DNA of 64,000 nucleotides from Amoebidium appalachense (GCA_963693365.1 CAVNZM010000001.1:21459210-21523209), one strand, 5' to 3'; positions 39,882-51,800 are shown, numbered from the stretch's first letter. Made by a program: numbers and translations. The notes: generated from the sequence alone by a model not told the origin.

Positions 39882-42800
39882 TTTATCCTTCTTCTTCTGG
39901 AATGCTCGGACACTGGGCCCCCAAAAGGGCCTCCCCCCCGGGACACTCGACGATAAAATCAGCTACATACAACAACAGACAAACAACCACACGTTTACAG
40001 TGATTTGCGAAACACAGTTTAAAAACCACCACAAATTCAACTCTACATTGGTCGACACATCCACACACCCCGGTTACGCGAAAAACCGAGGCATTATTGT
40101 ACTTGCCGCACCACACGTGAGAGTGAAGTGCAAACCGGTAGCAAAAACGGAATTCTCGGTTTCTATAGAGTTTCTTTCTAATGTTTTTACTTTTGTATAT
40201 TACCCACCATCTATGTCGGTTGTCGAATTGACTCACGAGTTGTCACAGTTACCAATGTCCACTGTTATTTTAGGTGATTTTAACACGCGACTCCACCACA
40301 CAGACACACTGCAAGTGAGTGTCGGGTACCCATCTAAGCCCCCGGAGCGTGCTATCCCTTTAGCAAGGTATGTCCAAAGTCACACTTTGCGGTTCCCTCA
40401 AATATCCCATGCCCACAACACCGACTGGGGAGTGGCCTTTTGGCCATCAACCATGTCAAAACTCTCTCTCCCTCCTAACCTCTCTAGGTCATCTGACCAC
40501 TCTCCTATCCTTTTCCTACCTAAGATCTCCCTTGATCTGCTCCCCCCTCCCCCTCCCACCTTTCGCCTCCGTCTATCCCAGCTTAAGTCACAGTGGGGTA
40601 GAGTTGATGTATGTGTATGCTATGCTACGAAACACCCTATATATATGCGCCTATTAGAATCTGCACAAGCCAGGCCAGATTCACATCTCGTACTAGATAC
40701 ATGCACTAACTTTATTGTTGATGATTTGATAGATCTCGGTGATTATGCTGGCGGTGGTAGGAAGGAATACCCCGATGCTCTCTTGTTACCAAACACCACT
40801 CCCGCTAGACTAGGTGAACCCCTGTCTCAAAAGGAAAGCTTGCGCCGGCTTGCTAGTATGAATCGATTTGGCCCCCCTGCTCGTATTATTGGTGATACCA
40901 CTGGAGACCCCCTCATAGACTCTGATAAGTATTTCTCGGAACTGTTTAAAGATAGGACCCCCGCTCAGAAACCTATTGTGTGGCCTGTAGACCCATCTAT
41001 CCCCATAGAAACGATCCTCCCCTTTTTCAGTCCCGATGCCATATGGTCTGTGATATCTAGTTATAGCTCTAGTAAGTCTTGTGGACCTGATGGACTCCCT
41101 GCTGGGTTTCTTAAAATCCTTGTTCCCTCCTACCCACAAAAGGAAAGTGATCGTGCTATTAAACCTGATCTTACTATCATGTTAAGCTCTCTCTTTTCTT
41201 GGTGTGTTAAATGTGGACATGTCCCGTCATCTTGGTTAGATACCTTAGTGATCCCCATAGTTAAGAAGGACTCTGAGGGCCCCATATCATCCTTTCGCCC
41301 CATTACACTAACCCAGGTTGTTCGTAGATTCTTTGAAGCTTGCTTACTTAGGTTATTTGCACATCACCCTAGGTTTCAATCTATTCTTCACATACACCCA
41401 TGCCAATCCGCTTTTCGTAAAAACAATTCATGTTATGTTCAAATAATGGCACTGCACGATTCTATGCAAGTTGGTGCACAATATGTTGGCTTTATTGATT
41501 GGAAAACTGCTTACGATTCTGTCTCCCCTGGTCTCCTATGGGAAAAGCTTGCTGCACGGGGTGTACCACACTGCATTGGTGTTCTGTTAGAAGCACTCTT
41601 GTCTCAAACCTATGGTAGAGCTGTGGTTAATGGGCATCTTTCATATGGTTTTGCTCGTACTAGAGGTCTCTTGCAGGGTTCATTGCTTAGCCCCTTTTTG
41701 TTTAACCTATTTATAGATGATTTGGCTGTCAAGATTTACGCCGAAAACGATGACCCTATTAATAACTTTCCGCCTGCACTTCTCTATGCTGATGATCTGT
41801 CCCTCCTTGCCCGTACCCCTAGACGCCTGCAAAGATTGTTCGATGTAGTGTCAGAGTGGTGCAAGGCAAACCTTATGATCCTTAACATAGACAAATGTGG
41901 TGTTCTTGTACCTGATATAGCTAACAATTTACACACATTTACATTATCATCTAAACCTGTACCTATAGTTCCAGAATACAAATATCTTGGTGTTCCGGTT
42001 GATTCTGTTGGTGTTATGTTTCCCCATATGGTCGAAAAGAGGGTAGAGTTGGCTCGTAAGCGGTTAGCTTTCTTCTCGGCTAATATTTTTAAAGACACAC
42101 CCCTCCATCCTTCTATTAGACTTACATTTATTCGCACTTTTGTCTTCCCGGCATGTGAATATGGTTTACCCCTTCTCGCCGCTTGGATCAAGAAAGAGAG
42201 AACTAGAGCGCTTAAACCCTTGGCAAATTTCCTTGAAGCAGAAGTTGCCTCCTTTCTATCTAACAACTGTTGTAAACCTGGGCCTGTAACGCTCTCGATA
42301 TATGGTCTGGTCCCAATAGCTGCTAGAGTATCCTATCTCGCGCTGAAATTCAATAAGCACATAAGCCGCTTAAAGAAGTATTTGCCCTCCCACCCTCTCT
42401 TCTCTATCCGACCTGTCCCCTCCTCACCTCTCCCCTCTTTCCTCCCCTCTCTCTCCCCTTCTCCCCTGGGCACAAATACAAATAAACCCCGCAATAGTGT
42501 GTGTGTGACTTTGGACTGCCACTTACTTATTAAACATGTACACAATCACAAGATAATCACGCAATATAACAAATGGAAAAAGATACCACACGACACTAGA
42601 CCCGATGAAAGCATACACCTTGAAAAACTAAGCCTTATGTCTCGTTTTATATATACTGACCGCCTCAACCATATTGCCAAATATGGCACTCGCAAGTGTA
42701 TAACACCTAAATACATATTACCTTCCTGTAGAACTGGTCTTTCTCTAGCTGATGGTATTATTGATCAATTACCACGCTTTTACTGTACACGTGCTATACA

Positions 42801-43068
42801 GTGGAGATCTAATAAGTATAAGGTGGCATCATTTGCATGCCCAAACAACACACACACACACCAGTTTAACCGGTCATGTATCGCCAAATGTAGTTTGATA
42901 GACCACATAATACCGCAACACACACACGTCACATTCACAACAGACACCCAGAAAGATAGCCTACCTGTAAATTACAACATCCTTGATTTTATACTAAACA
43001 CGCGTAACTACGACCTGTTTATTAGATGTATTGATTGGCTTGAGAAACACATCACTACAAAATTATAG
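39874..43068 (+). CDS. LINE family-2 ORF2: AP endonuclease + RT (1064 aa)
   Basis: WNART, CETQ, LGDFN, SDHSP; GPDGLP, FRPITL, FIDWKTAYD, GLLQGSLLSPFLFN, LYADD, YKYLG. Confidence 0.96.
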   Translation: MPNLSFFFWNARTLGPQKGLPPGTLDDKISYIQQQTNNHTFTVICETQFKNHHKFNSTLVDTSTHPGYAKNRGIIVLAAPHVRVKCKPVAKTEFSVSIEFLSNVFTFVYYPPSMSVVELTHELSQLPMSTVILGDFNTRLHHTDTLQVSVGYPSKPPERAIPLARYVQSHTLRFPQISHAHNTDWGVAFWPSTMSKLSLPPNLSRSSDHSPILFLPKISLDLLPPPPPTFRLRLSQLKSQWGRVDVCVCYATKHPIYMRLLESAQARPDSHLVLDTCTNFIVDDLIDLGDYAGGGRKEYPDALLLPNTTPARLGEPLSQKESLRRLASMNRFGPPARIIGDTTGDPLIDSDKYFSELFKDRTPAQKPIVWPVDPSIPIETILPFFSPDAIWSVISSYSSSKSCGPDGLPAGFLKILVPSYPQKESDRAIKPDLTIMLSSLFSWCVKCGHVPSSWLDTLVIPIVKKDSEGPISSFRPITLTQVVRRFFEACLLRLFAHHPRFQSILHIHPCQSAFRKNNSCYVQIMALHDSMQVGAQYVGFIDWKTAYDSVSPGLLWEKLAARGVPHCIGVLLEALLSQTYGRAVVNGHLSYGFARTRGLLQGSLLSPFLFNLFIDDLAVKIYAENDDPINNFPPALLYADDLSLLARTPRRLQRLFDVVSEWCKANLMILNIDKCGVLVPDIANNLHTFTLSSKPVPIVPEYKYLGVPVDSVGVMFPHMVEKRVELARKRLAFFSANIFKDTPLHPSIRLTFIRTFVFPACEYGLPLLAAWIKKERTRALKPLANFLEAEVASFLSNNCCKPGPVTLSIYGLVPIAARVSYLALKFNKHISRLKKYLPSHPLFSIRPVPSSPLPSFLPSLSPSPLGTNTNKPRNSVCVTLDCHLLIKHVHNHKIITQYNKWKKIPHDTRPDESIHLEKLSLMSRFIYTDRLNHIAKYGTRKCITPKYILPSCRTGLSLADGIIDQLPRFYCTRAIQWRSNKYKVASFACPNNTHTHQFNRSCIAKCSLIDHIIPQHTHVTFTTDTQKDSLPVNYNILDFILNTRNYDLFIRCIDWLEKHITTKL

Positions 43069-43092
43069 CGCACGCGCACACACACACACAAA

Positions 43093-43141
<49 letters not shown>

Positions 43142-43205
43142 CCAGCTGATACCGAGTGTCCCGAGGGAAGCCCCTTTAAAAAAATTAAAATTAAAATTAA
43201 AAAAA

Positions 43206-43245
<40 letters not shown>

Positions 43246-43664
43246 GGGGAACCCCAACTAATTGATTTCTCCTTGTAGTCTTTATGGTGTCTCGTAGAGA
43301 AAGTAAACCCTGATATATAGTCACCACCCGACATCTATGTACGTGATCATGATATACCGCTGAGGGGATATTCCGAGCAAAACCCCCCCCCCCATACCTG
43401 AGACTGGTTCTCTTTGCCTCGAGTAAACAGCGTAAACCCCCATATGTATATCATATGTATATGGTTGGTAATTCGTAAAATACATCGATGTATATCATAT
43501 GTCATGGGTTACGATGGTATTAAGCCGCTCCTAAACATATACTTAAGATATCCAACGGGATGGGTTTGGATACTCGGATGGTGAAGATTACGATGGGTTT
43601 CCGACCCCTCGTAACGCTCTCGTATGTATGTTCTATGTATAGTCGTATGTATATACATAGGTTA

Positions 43665-43830
43665 TACATTGGATATACATTGGTTATCCTATGTATAGTG
43701 CAATGTATATACATTGGATATCTTATGTACAGTGCAATGTATATACATTGGATATCCTATGCATAGTGCAATGTATATACATTGGATATCCAATGTATAG
43801 TGCAATGTATATACATTGGATATACATAGG
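43665..43830. repeat. 34-bp tandem repeat (~4.5 copies) in the right subterminal region of copy B
   Basis: GTGCAATGTATATACATTGGATAT at ~43698, 43732, 43766 and 43800. Confidence 0.9.
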
Positions 43831-44091
43831 ATATACATATGACATACGCTTTACGACATCCATAAACCCTATGGATGTCGTAAAGAGGGTTGATGGATGT
43901 CGTAAAGCGTATATCCAATGTATATACATAAGACGGTCCGTTAACCCCATGGAACTCTTTACACTATCGTAAAGAGGTCGTGCAACCACTCCATATGAAC
44001 TCGCGGTGTGCTTTACGATGGGTGACAGGTTTACGCCATCGAGGATGGCATTACGAGGGGTATACGATCCCCGGTGGAGATTGCTGATGGC

Positions 44092-45210
44092 AGAGATGCG
44101 CGCAGCCCTGAAGGCACTGGGCATCATCTTCCAAGAGGTCGGCAAGGGTAAGACGCCCAAGGCCAAACAACCCCGGGCTCAGGAGTCCGAGGATTCTGAC
44201 GACGGGCCCAGGAGGCTTAAGAGGGCGGAAACCGTGATGAAGCTGGTACGTAACATAGTTTTGCTTACCCCCTCCAGTTCTAGAGAGGACCCACAGAGAG
44301 TATTCCGGACACTACGATATGTGAAGTATGCGATTGTGTAGATGTCCGCGTTGCATGTACTAGATCATTATTACGAAATTCATTTGCGTAACAAGTAAGA
44401 CCATATCAAGTATGACACCTGCACAAAATATGGGGACTTCTATCAGTAATGTGCCAGCACATGTGTCGATGAGGGATATGGTGTGGTTCCTGCTTTCAAG
44501 CCTCTAACAGCATTCAGGACTCTAACCCATTTTTCTTTTGTCTGCCTCTGCAGTACGACCACAGCAAAGGGATGTCCAAGTCCCACGTCGTTTTTCAAAA
44601 TATGACGCTGTACTTCCCATTCAGCAACACAAACAAGACGGATAACGAGCCCGTCATCAGAGCGTGGCTTGCGAGTGTGAAGGCCACCAACCGCGCCCTC
44701 TACAACATCCTCCACCCAGAGGGGATCGAGGATTGGGTTCAGGAGCTCAGCAACCCCGCAAAAAACACGGACGCCCAGAACCGTGTCACCATCATCCGCA
44801 ACGGCCTGAATTCGTGCAAGTCCGAGGTCAATCGAGGGATGCACAGCTCAATGAGGGCCTTCTCCTTGGCTGAGTCCAACCTGGATGTAAGTCAAAGTGT
44901 GCACGGTTCACCTCTTATTTTGTTTTCCTGCATGATTAAACGATTAGTTACTATTTCTATGCTGTGATTGGAATACAACAGCAACCTCGGGTCCCTCTTC
45001 AATGTATTATTACATGCGCATGTTTTCTTAATTTTTGTGCTTTTGTTTTTCAGCACAACGTGTTTCACATGTTAGCATTCAGTGTTATTCATTCATTCTA
45101 ACACCCCCCCCCCCCCCCCCCCCCCCCCCCCAAACACACACACACACACACTCGCTCACTTCCCCACCCACACATACCAAAAATCACACGCACACCAAAA
45201 GCCCCTCCCA

Positions 45211-45241
<31 letters not shown>

Positions 45242-45548
45242 TTTTCCAAAAACTGTCAAATGCCTCCATGCCCACCAACACAGATGTTCCAGGTTGCCCC
45301 TGTCAATGCCGCCGACCCCGACAAGTTGGCAGACCAGGTTAGGTACCGCAAGAAGACGTGGGAGGGGTGGTTGGTGGAGGTTGAGTGCAACAACCATCCC
45401 TGTGGCCGCATGTACAGCGTCGATCCGGTGACGGGCAACCCATGGGGCAACCCCGCCCTTCACCGCATCATGTGCATGTCCCCCATCAACGGCTCCTACA
45501 TCAAGAACCGCCTCAGCAGCTTCAAGACACTAAACGTTAGTGCCCATT

Positions 45549-45593
<45 letters not shown>

Positions 45594-46858
45594 ACGCACC
45601 ACACACACCACACCCCAATCAAAGACGAAATCTTCTCATGCTGCTTTTTTTAATATGCTTGTTCAGGTTTAATGTTGTTGTTCTTCCTTATTGGTTCATT
45701 CTTAATGCACCAGTGTGACCCCCCCCCCCCCCCCCCCCCCCCCAACACACACACACACCACACCCCAATCAAAGACGAAATCTTCTCATGCTGCTTTTTT
45801 AACATGCTTATTAATGTTTAATGTTGTTGTTCTTCCTTAATGGTTCATTCTTAATGCACTGTGACCCCCCCCCCCCCCCCCTCCCCCCCCCACAGACACA
45901 CACTCCCACTCCCTCCACTCCCTCCCTCCCACCTCCCCCTGTTGTCCCACGTACGAATCACCAACACATAACCACACAAGACATCAAATCCTTATCACTC
46001 AGAGCAACGGTACATGCATGGTTATCCAGTATCCATTCAGCTTCCCACTTCCTCAAGTCATTTCAGATTTTTCATTGTCGTATTCGGTTTTATTTGCTGC
46101 TAATGGAGAATACCCCCTTTCCTCATCACCACATACACACATGATTACGTGTACGTACACGCAACACACACACCAACACCCACACAGGAGTTTCAAAAGG
46201 CTTTGCCCGAGCTCTTCAGCTTCATGCTCCACACATTTGAGTGCGGACTGCGGGATCCAATGGCCCACAAGTCTGCCACTCAGATTTCGTGGTCAGCTGT
46301 GAAGTATGGAGCTGACATGCCTGACTACGAGGGTGGTGCTCGGCCATCAGAGATCAGCAAGGTATACAACTACCCCCCCCCCCCCCCCCCCCCTTGCGTC
46401 CTCCCTGAGGATGGGCTCTGCTTATGACGCATACTGTGCACATGGCTGATGTTGCGTGCTTGAATGTTTGCCTTTGCATGTGTCCTGCACCATGCTTCTC
46501 ATCGTGTATGCGTATTTCGTACCGTGTTCTGCATTCAAACCCCCCCCCCCCCCCCATCATTGTGTTTTAGCTCCCGTCCGAAAGACAACGTATGGATATC
46601 GAAATGATGATATTTATAAGTCGTATGTATGGGTTACGTATCATCGTAGTTTTTTAGGATATCTCCTAAGCATGGGCAAGTATCATCCTATCATGTCATC
46701 TTTAGGTTTGGTATGGTAACATTGTGATAGCATTTTTCCCAGGTACATACATGCTCAGGCTAGCCAGAAAAGTTAAAAACACTCACACAATCTCCTTCTG
46801 TCCCAACCCAGTATGCAAAGACCTGGGAAAAGATCTGCAAGGTCCGGGAGAAGGCAGT
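44092..46858 (+). CDS. 3' part of copy A's JmjC gene: exons 44092-44245, 44554-44886, 45284-45535, 46188-46361, 46812-46858 (last exon truncated by a deletion)
   Basis: In-frame continuation of exon 21306-21362. All subsequent GT-AG junctions are phase 0 and open. At 46858 the sequence jumps to the equivalent of 43881. Confidence 0.8.
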
Positions 46859-47540
46859 AAAGAGGGTTGATGGATGTCGTAAAGCGTATATCCAATGTAT
46901 ATACATAAGACGGTCCGTTAACCCCATGGAACTCTTTACACTATCGTAAAGAGGTCGTGCAACCACTCCATATGAACTCGCGGTGTGCTTTACGATGGGT
47001 GACAGGTTTACGCCATCGGAGATGGCATTACGAGGGGTATACGATCCCCGGTGGAGATTGCTGATGGACACCCCGACAATCAACGGTTACCCCCCCCCCC
47101 CCCCCCCCCCCCCCTGGAATGATGAAGAAAGCATAAAAAAAAATTGCCTTGGCCGTCGGTGCGTGTAACAAACTGTTCGAGGTCGCTGTACTCCACAAAC
47201 ACAGTGGAATAGAGTGTTTCCTCGAGGCACTCATCACGCTCGTCGTGTGTCCAGAAAAGTTCTTGAACTGAAACCACCCTGGCATGGAACCAACGACGCA
47301 CACTTGCACGGCCACCAGGTGGTCTGGTTCCGTGTCCTGTGCAGTAACGGTGGCCCAGTCTGGCGAGACCGTGACAGTGGCAGTCCAACTCCTTGGTTTC
47401 GACATCAACATGTTTGCGGTAGTACGTGCAGCATAAACTAATCAGATCGAGCGAGGGTGACTGCGCTTTGACGTTCGCGTATTACGTCATGGTTATTTGT
47501 ACACCACACATGGCCCACCCGCCCACGACCCACCCGCGCT

Positions 47541-47571
<31 letters not shown>

Positions 47572-47603
47572 AAAAATTGTCTGGCCTTTGGACGGACGTA
47601 CCC

Positions 47604-47634
<31 letters not shown>

Positions 47635-47794
47635 ACACGCGCACACACCCCAACACCCAACACACATGCACACAAAACCATGTACACATGTGTACACCAG
47701 CCCACACAAACACACACACACACACGAACATGCACATTCGCTCACACGCTTCCACCCACACTCGTACGTGCCATCGCAATGTTGCAATGTTACA

Positions 47795-48480
47795 TATAAA
47801 GACAGTGCACGCGACATCTTGAACACACACGCCATCCAAAGTGGTGTGACCGCATAAATTGATATTTATGCCCAGTTATCGAATTTGATTGGCAAACCCG
47901 CTATCTGGAATGTTTGCCTGATGCTCTTCCGTATGGAATGTTCGCGTGCTGCGGGCTTCTTTCGATTGGGCTGTTACTCTGCACGCAAGATTACAACTGT
48001 TTCCACATGAACCAGAGTCTACGGTGGACTACCAGAGTCCCCTGCACCATGATAACGCGTCCCTCCGGCTGGCGTCCCCCAAATGATCTTCCTATTGTTT
48101 AAGGACCACGTTTCCTCGTCCCGCTAGTACTATTACATAGAGTACTATTACATAGCAACATTTACTTTCCATTGTCCATAATTTTAATCCATTCAACAAA
48201 CGAAGTCCATACACCTGTGTCCTCGCAATGTCATGGCAATCCAGCCCCCCCCACATATAAACACAGCGCACGCGATACCTTGAATGGAGCGCATAAATTG
48301 TGCGTCATTTTTCTTATGTCCCGTTAAAATATTTTTTATGGCCCGTAAGTGAATGGAGCGCATAAAATGTGGGCCATTTTTCTTATGTCCCGTTATAATG
48401 ATTTTTATGCCCCGTTATCAAATTTGATTGGCAAACCCGCTATCTTGAATGTTTGCCTGATGCTCTTCCATATAGAATGG
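47795..48480. repeat. Diverged ~450-bp direct repeat; the second copy is split by the LINE and resumes at 52218-52560
   Basis: 47861-47940 matches 48400-48480, and 47941-48235 matches 52219-52555. Confidence 0.8.
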
Positions 48481-48672
48481 GGGTTTACGCTGTTTACTCG
48501 AGGCAAAGAGAACCAGTCTCAGGTATGGGGGGGGGTTTTGCTCGGAATATCCCCTCAGCGGTATATCATGATCACGTACATAGATGTCGGGTGGTGACTA
48601 TATATCAGGGTTTACTTTCTCTACGAGACACCATAAAGACTACAAGGAGAAATCAATTAGTTGGGGTTCCCC

Positions 48673-48705
<33 letters not shown>

Positions 48706-48772
48706 TTTTTTTTTTAATTTTAATTTTAATTTTTTTAAAGGGGCTTCCCTCGGGACACTCGGTATCAGCTGG

Positions 48773-48835
<63 letters not shown>

Positions 48836-51800
48836 TGTGTGTGTGTGCGCTATAATTTTGTAGTGATGTGTTTCTCAAGCCAATCAATACATCTAATAAA
48901 CAGGTCGTAGTTACGCGTGTTTAGTATAAAATCAAGGATGTTGTAATTTACAGGTAGGCTATCTTTCTGGGTGTCTGTTGTGAATGTGACGTGTGTGTGT
49001 TGCGGTATTATGTGGTCTATCAAACTACATTTGGCGATACATGACCGGTTAAACTGGTGTGTGTGTGTGTTGTTTGGGCATGCAAATGATGCCACCTTAT
49101 ACTTATTAGATCTCCACTGTATAGCACGTGTACAGTAAAAGCGTGGTAATTGATCAATAATACCATCAGCTAGAGAAAGACCAGTTCTACAGGAAGGTAA
49201 TATGTATTTAGGTGTTATACACTTGCGAGTGCCATATTTGGCAATATGGTTGAGGCGGTCAGTATATATAAAACGAGACATAAGGCTTAGTTTTTCAAGG
49301 TGTATGCTTTCATCGGGTCTAGTGTCGTGTGGTATCTTTTTCCATTTGTTATATTGCGTGATTATCTTGTGATTGTGTACATGTTTAATAAGTAAGTGGC
49401 AGTCCAAAGTCACACACACACTATTGCGGGGTTTATTTGTATTTGTGCCCAGGGGAGAAGGGGAGAGAGAGGGGAGGAAAGAGGGGAGAGGTGAGGAGGG
49501 GACAGGTCGGATAGAGAAGAGAGGGTGGGAGGGCAAATACTTCTTTAAGCGGCTTATGTGCTTATTGAATTTCAGCGCGAGATAGGATACTCTAGCAGCT
49601 ATTGGGACCAGACCATATATCGAGAGCGTTACAGGCCCAGGTTTACAACAGTTGTTAGATAGAAAGGAGGCAACTTCTGCTTCAAGGAAATTTGCCAAGG
49701 GTTTAAGCGCTCTAGTTCTCTCTTTCTTGATCCAAGCGGCGAGAAGGGGTAAACCATATTCACATGCCGGGAAGACAAAAGTGCGAATAAATGTAAGTCT
49801 AATAGAAGGATGGAGGGGTGTGTCTTTAAAAATATTAGCCGAGAAGAAAGCTAACCGCTTACGAGCCAACTCTACCCTCTTTTCGACCATATGGGGAAAC
49901 ATAACACCAACAGAATCAACCGGAACACCAAGATATTTGTATTCTGGAACTATAGGTACAGGTTTAGATGATAATGTAAATGTGTGTAAATTGTTAGCTA
50001 TATCAGGTACAAGAACACCACATTTGTCTATGTTAAGGATCATAAGGTTTGCCTTGCACCACTCTGACACTACATCGAACAATCTTTGCAGGCGTCTAGG
50101 GGTACGGGCAAGGAGGGACAGATCATCAGCATAGAGAAGTGCAGGCGGAAAGTTATTAATAGGGTCATCGTTTTCGGCGTAAATCTTGACAGCCAAATCA
50201 TCTATAAATAGGTTAAACAAAAAGGGGCTAAGCAATGAACCCTGCAAGAGACCTCTAGTACGAGCAAAACCATATGAAAGATGCCCATTAACCACAGCTC
50301 TACCATAGGTTTGAGACAAGAGTGCTTCTAACAGAACACCAATGCAGTGTGGTACACCCCGTGCAGCAAGCTTTTCCCATAGGAGACCAGGGGAGACAGA
50401 ATCGTAAGCAGTTTTCCAATCAATAAAGCCAACATATTGTGCACCAACTTGCATAGAATCGTGCAGTGCCATTATTTGAACATAACATGAATTGTTTTTA
50501 CGAAAAGCGGATTGGCATGGGTGTATGTGAAGAATAGATTGAAACCTAGGGTGGTGTGCAAATAACCTAAGTAAGCAAGCTTCAAAGAATCTACGAACAA
50601 CCTGGGTTAGTGTAATGGGGCGAAAGGATGATATGGGGCCCTCAGAGTCCTTCTTAACTATGGGGATCACTAAGGTATCTAACCAAGATGACGGGACTGT
50701 ATGTCCACATTTAACACACCAAGAAAAGAGAGAGCTTAACATGATAGTAAGATCAGGTTTAATAGCACGATCACTTTCCTTTTGTGGGTAGGAGGGAACA
50801 AGGATTTTAAGAAACCCAGCAGGGAGTCCATCAGGTCCACAAGACTTACTAGAGCTATAACTAGATATCACAGACCATATGGCATCGGGGCTGAAAAAGG
50901 GGAGGATCGATTCTATGGGGATAGATGGGTCTACAGGCCACACAATAGGTTTCTGAGCGGGGGTCCTATCTTTAAACAGTTCCGAGAAATACTTATCAGA
51001 GTCTATGAGGGGGTCTCCAGTGGTATCACCAATAATACGAGCAGGGGGGCCAAATCGATTCATACTAGCAAGCCGGCGCAAGCTTTCCTTTTGAGACAGG
51101 GGTTCACCTAGTCTAGCGGGAGTGGTGTTTGGTAACAAGAGAGCATCGGGATATTCCTTCCTACCACCGCCAGCATAATCACCGAGATCTATCAAATCAT
51201 CAACAATAAAGTTAGTGCATGTATCTAGTACGAGATGTGAATCTGGCCTGGCTTGTGCAGATTCTAATAGGCGCATATATATAGGGTGTTTCGTAGCATA
51301 GCATACACATACATCAACTCTACCCCACTGTGACTTAAGCTGGGATAGACGGAGGCGAAAGGTGGGAGGAGGAGGGGGGAGCAGATCAAGGGAGATCTTA
51401 GGTAGGAAAAGGATAGGAGAGTGGTCAGATGACCTAGAGAGGTTAGGAGGGAGAGAGAGTTTTGACATGGTTGATGGCCAAAAGGCCACTCCCCAGTCGG
51501 TGTTGTGGGCATGGGATATTTGAGGGAACCGCAAAGTGTGACTTTGGACATACCTTGCTAAAGGGATAGCACGCTCCGGGGGCTTAGATGGGTACCCGAC
51601 ACTCACTTGCAGTGTGTCTGTGTGGTGGAGTCGCGTGTTAAAATCACCTAAAATAACAGTGGACATTGGTAACTGTGACAACTCGTGAGTCAATTCGACA
51701 ACCGACATAGATGGTGGGTAATATACAAAAGTAAAAACATTAGAAAGAAACTCTATAGAAACCGAGAATTCCGTTTTTGCTACCGGTTTGCACTTCACTC

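Larger units (their letters stand above)
38875..43439 (+). mobile_element. Full-length APE-RT LINE, family 2, with 14-bp TSD
   Basis: TSD CCATATGTATATCA at 38861-38874 and 43440-43453; two intact ORFs; ends ...CAGCGTAAACCC. Confidence 0.95.
21363..44089. mobile_element. Nested non-autonomous copy B of the same giant transposon
   Basis: Same TIRs as copy A; TSD GC (21361-21362 and 44090-44091). Removing B restores the reading frame ...MKGVTE-A-EMRAALKALG... The left ~2.8 kb is nearly identical to copy A. Confidence 0.92.
5499..47066. mobile_element. Giant Plavaka/CMC-type DNA transposon, copy A (about 18.8 kb excluding nested copy B)
   Basis: TIR CATCAGCAATCTCC at 5499 and its reverse complement GGAGATTGCTGATG ending at 47066. 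Flanked by GA (5497-5498 and 47067-47068). Contains the transposase gene, and its ends are shared with copy B. Confidence 0.85.

Noticed and set aside
43432-43441. TAAACCC as a telomeric repeat (telomere-targeting LINE)
   Set aside because: Only a single unit at each LINE end, and there is no telomeric array in the window.
47028-47441. A defined gene model right of copy A
   Set aside because: Several overlapping frames on both strands look plausible and none has a recognisable motif, so it was left uncalled.
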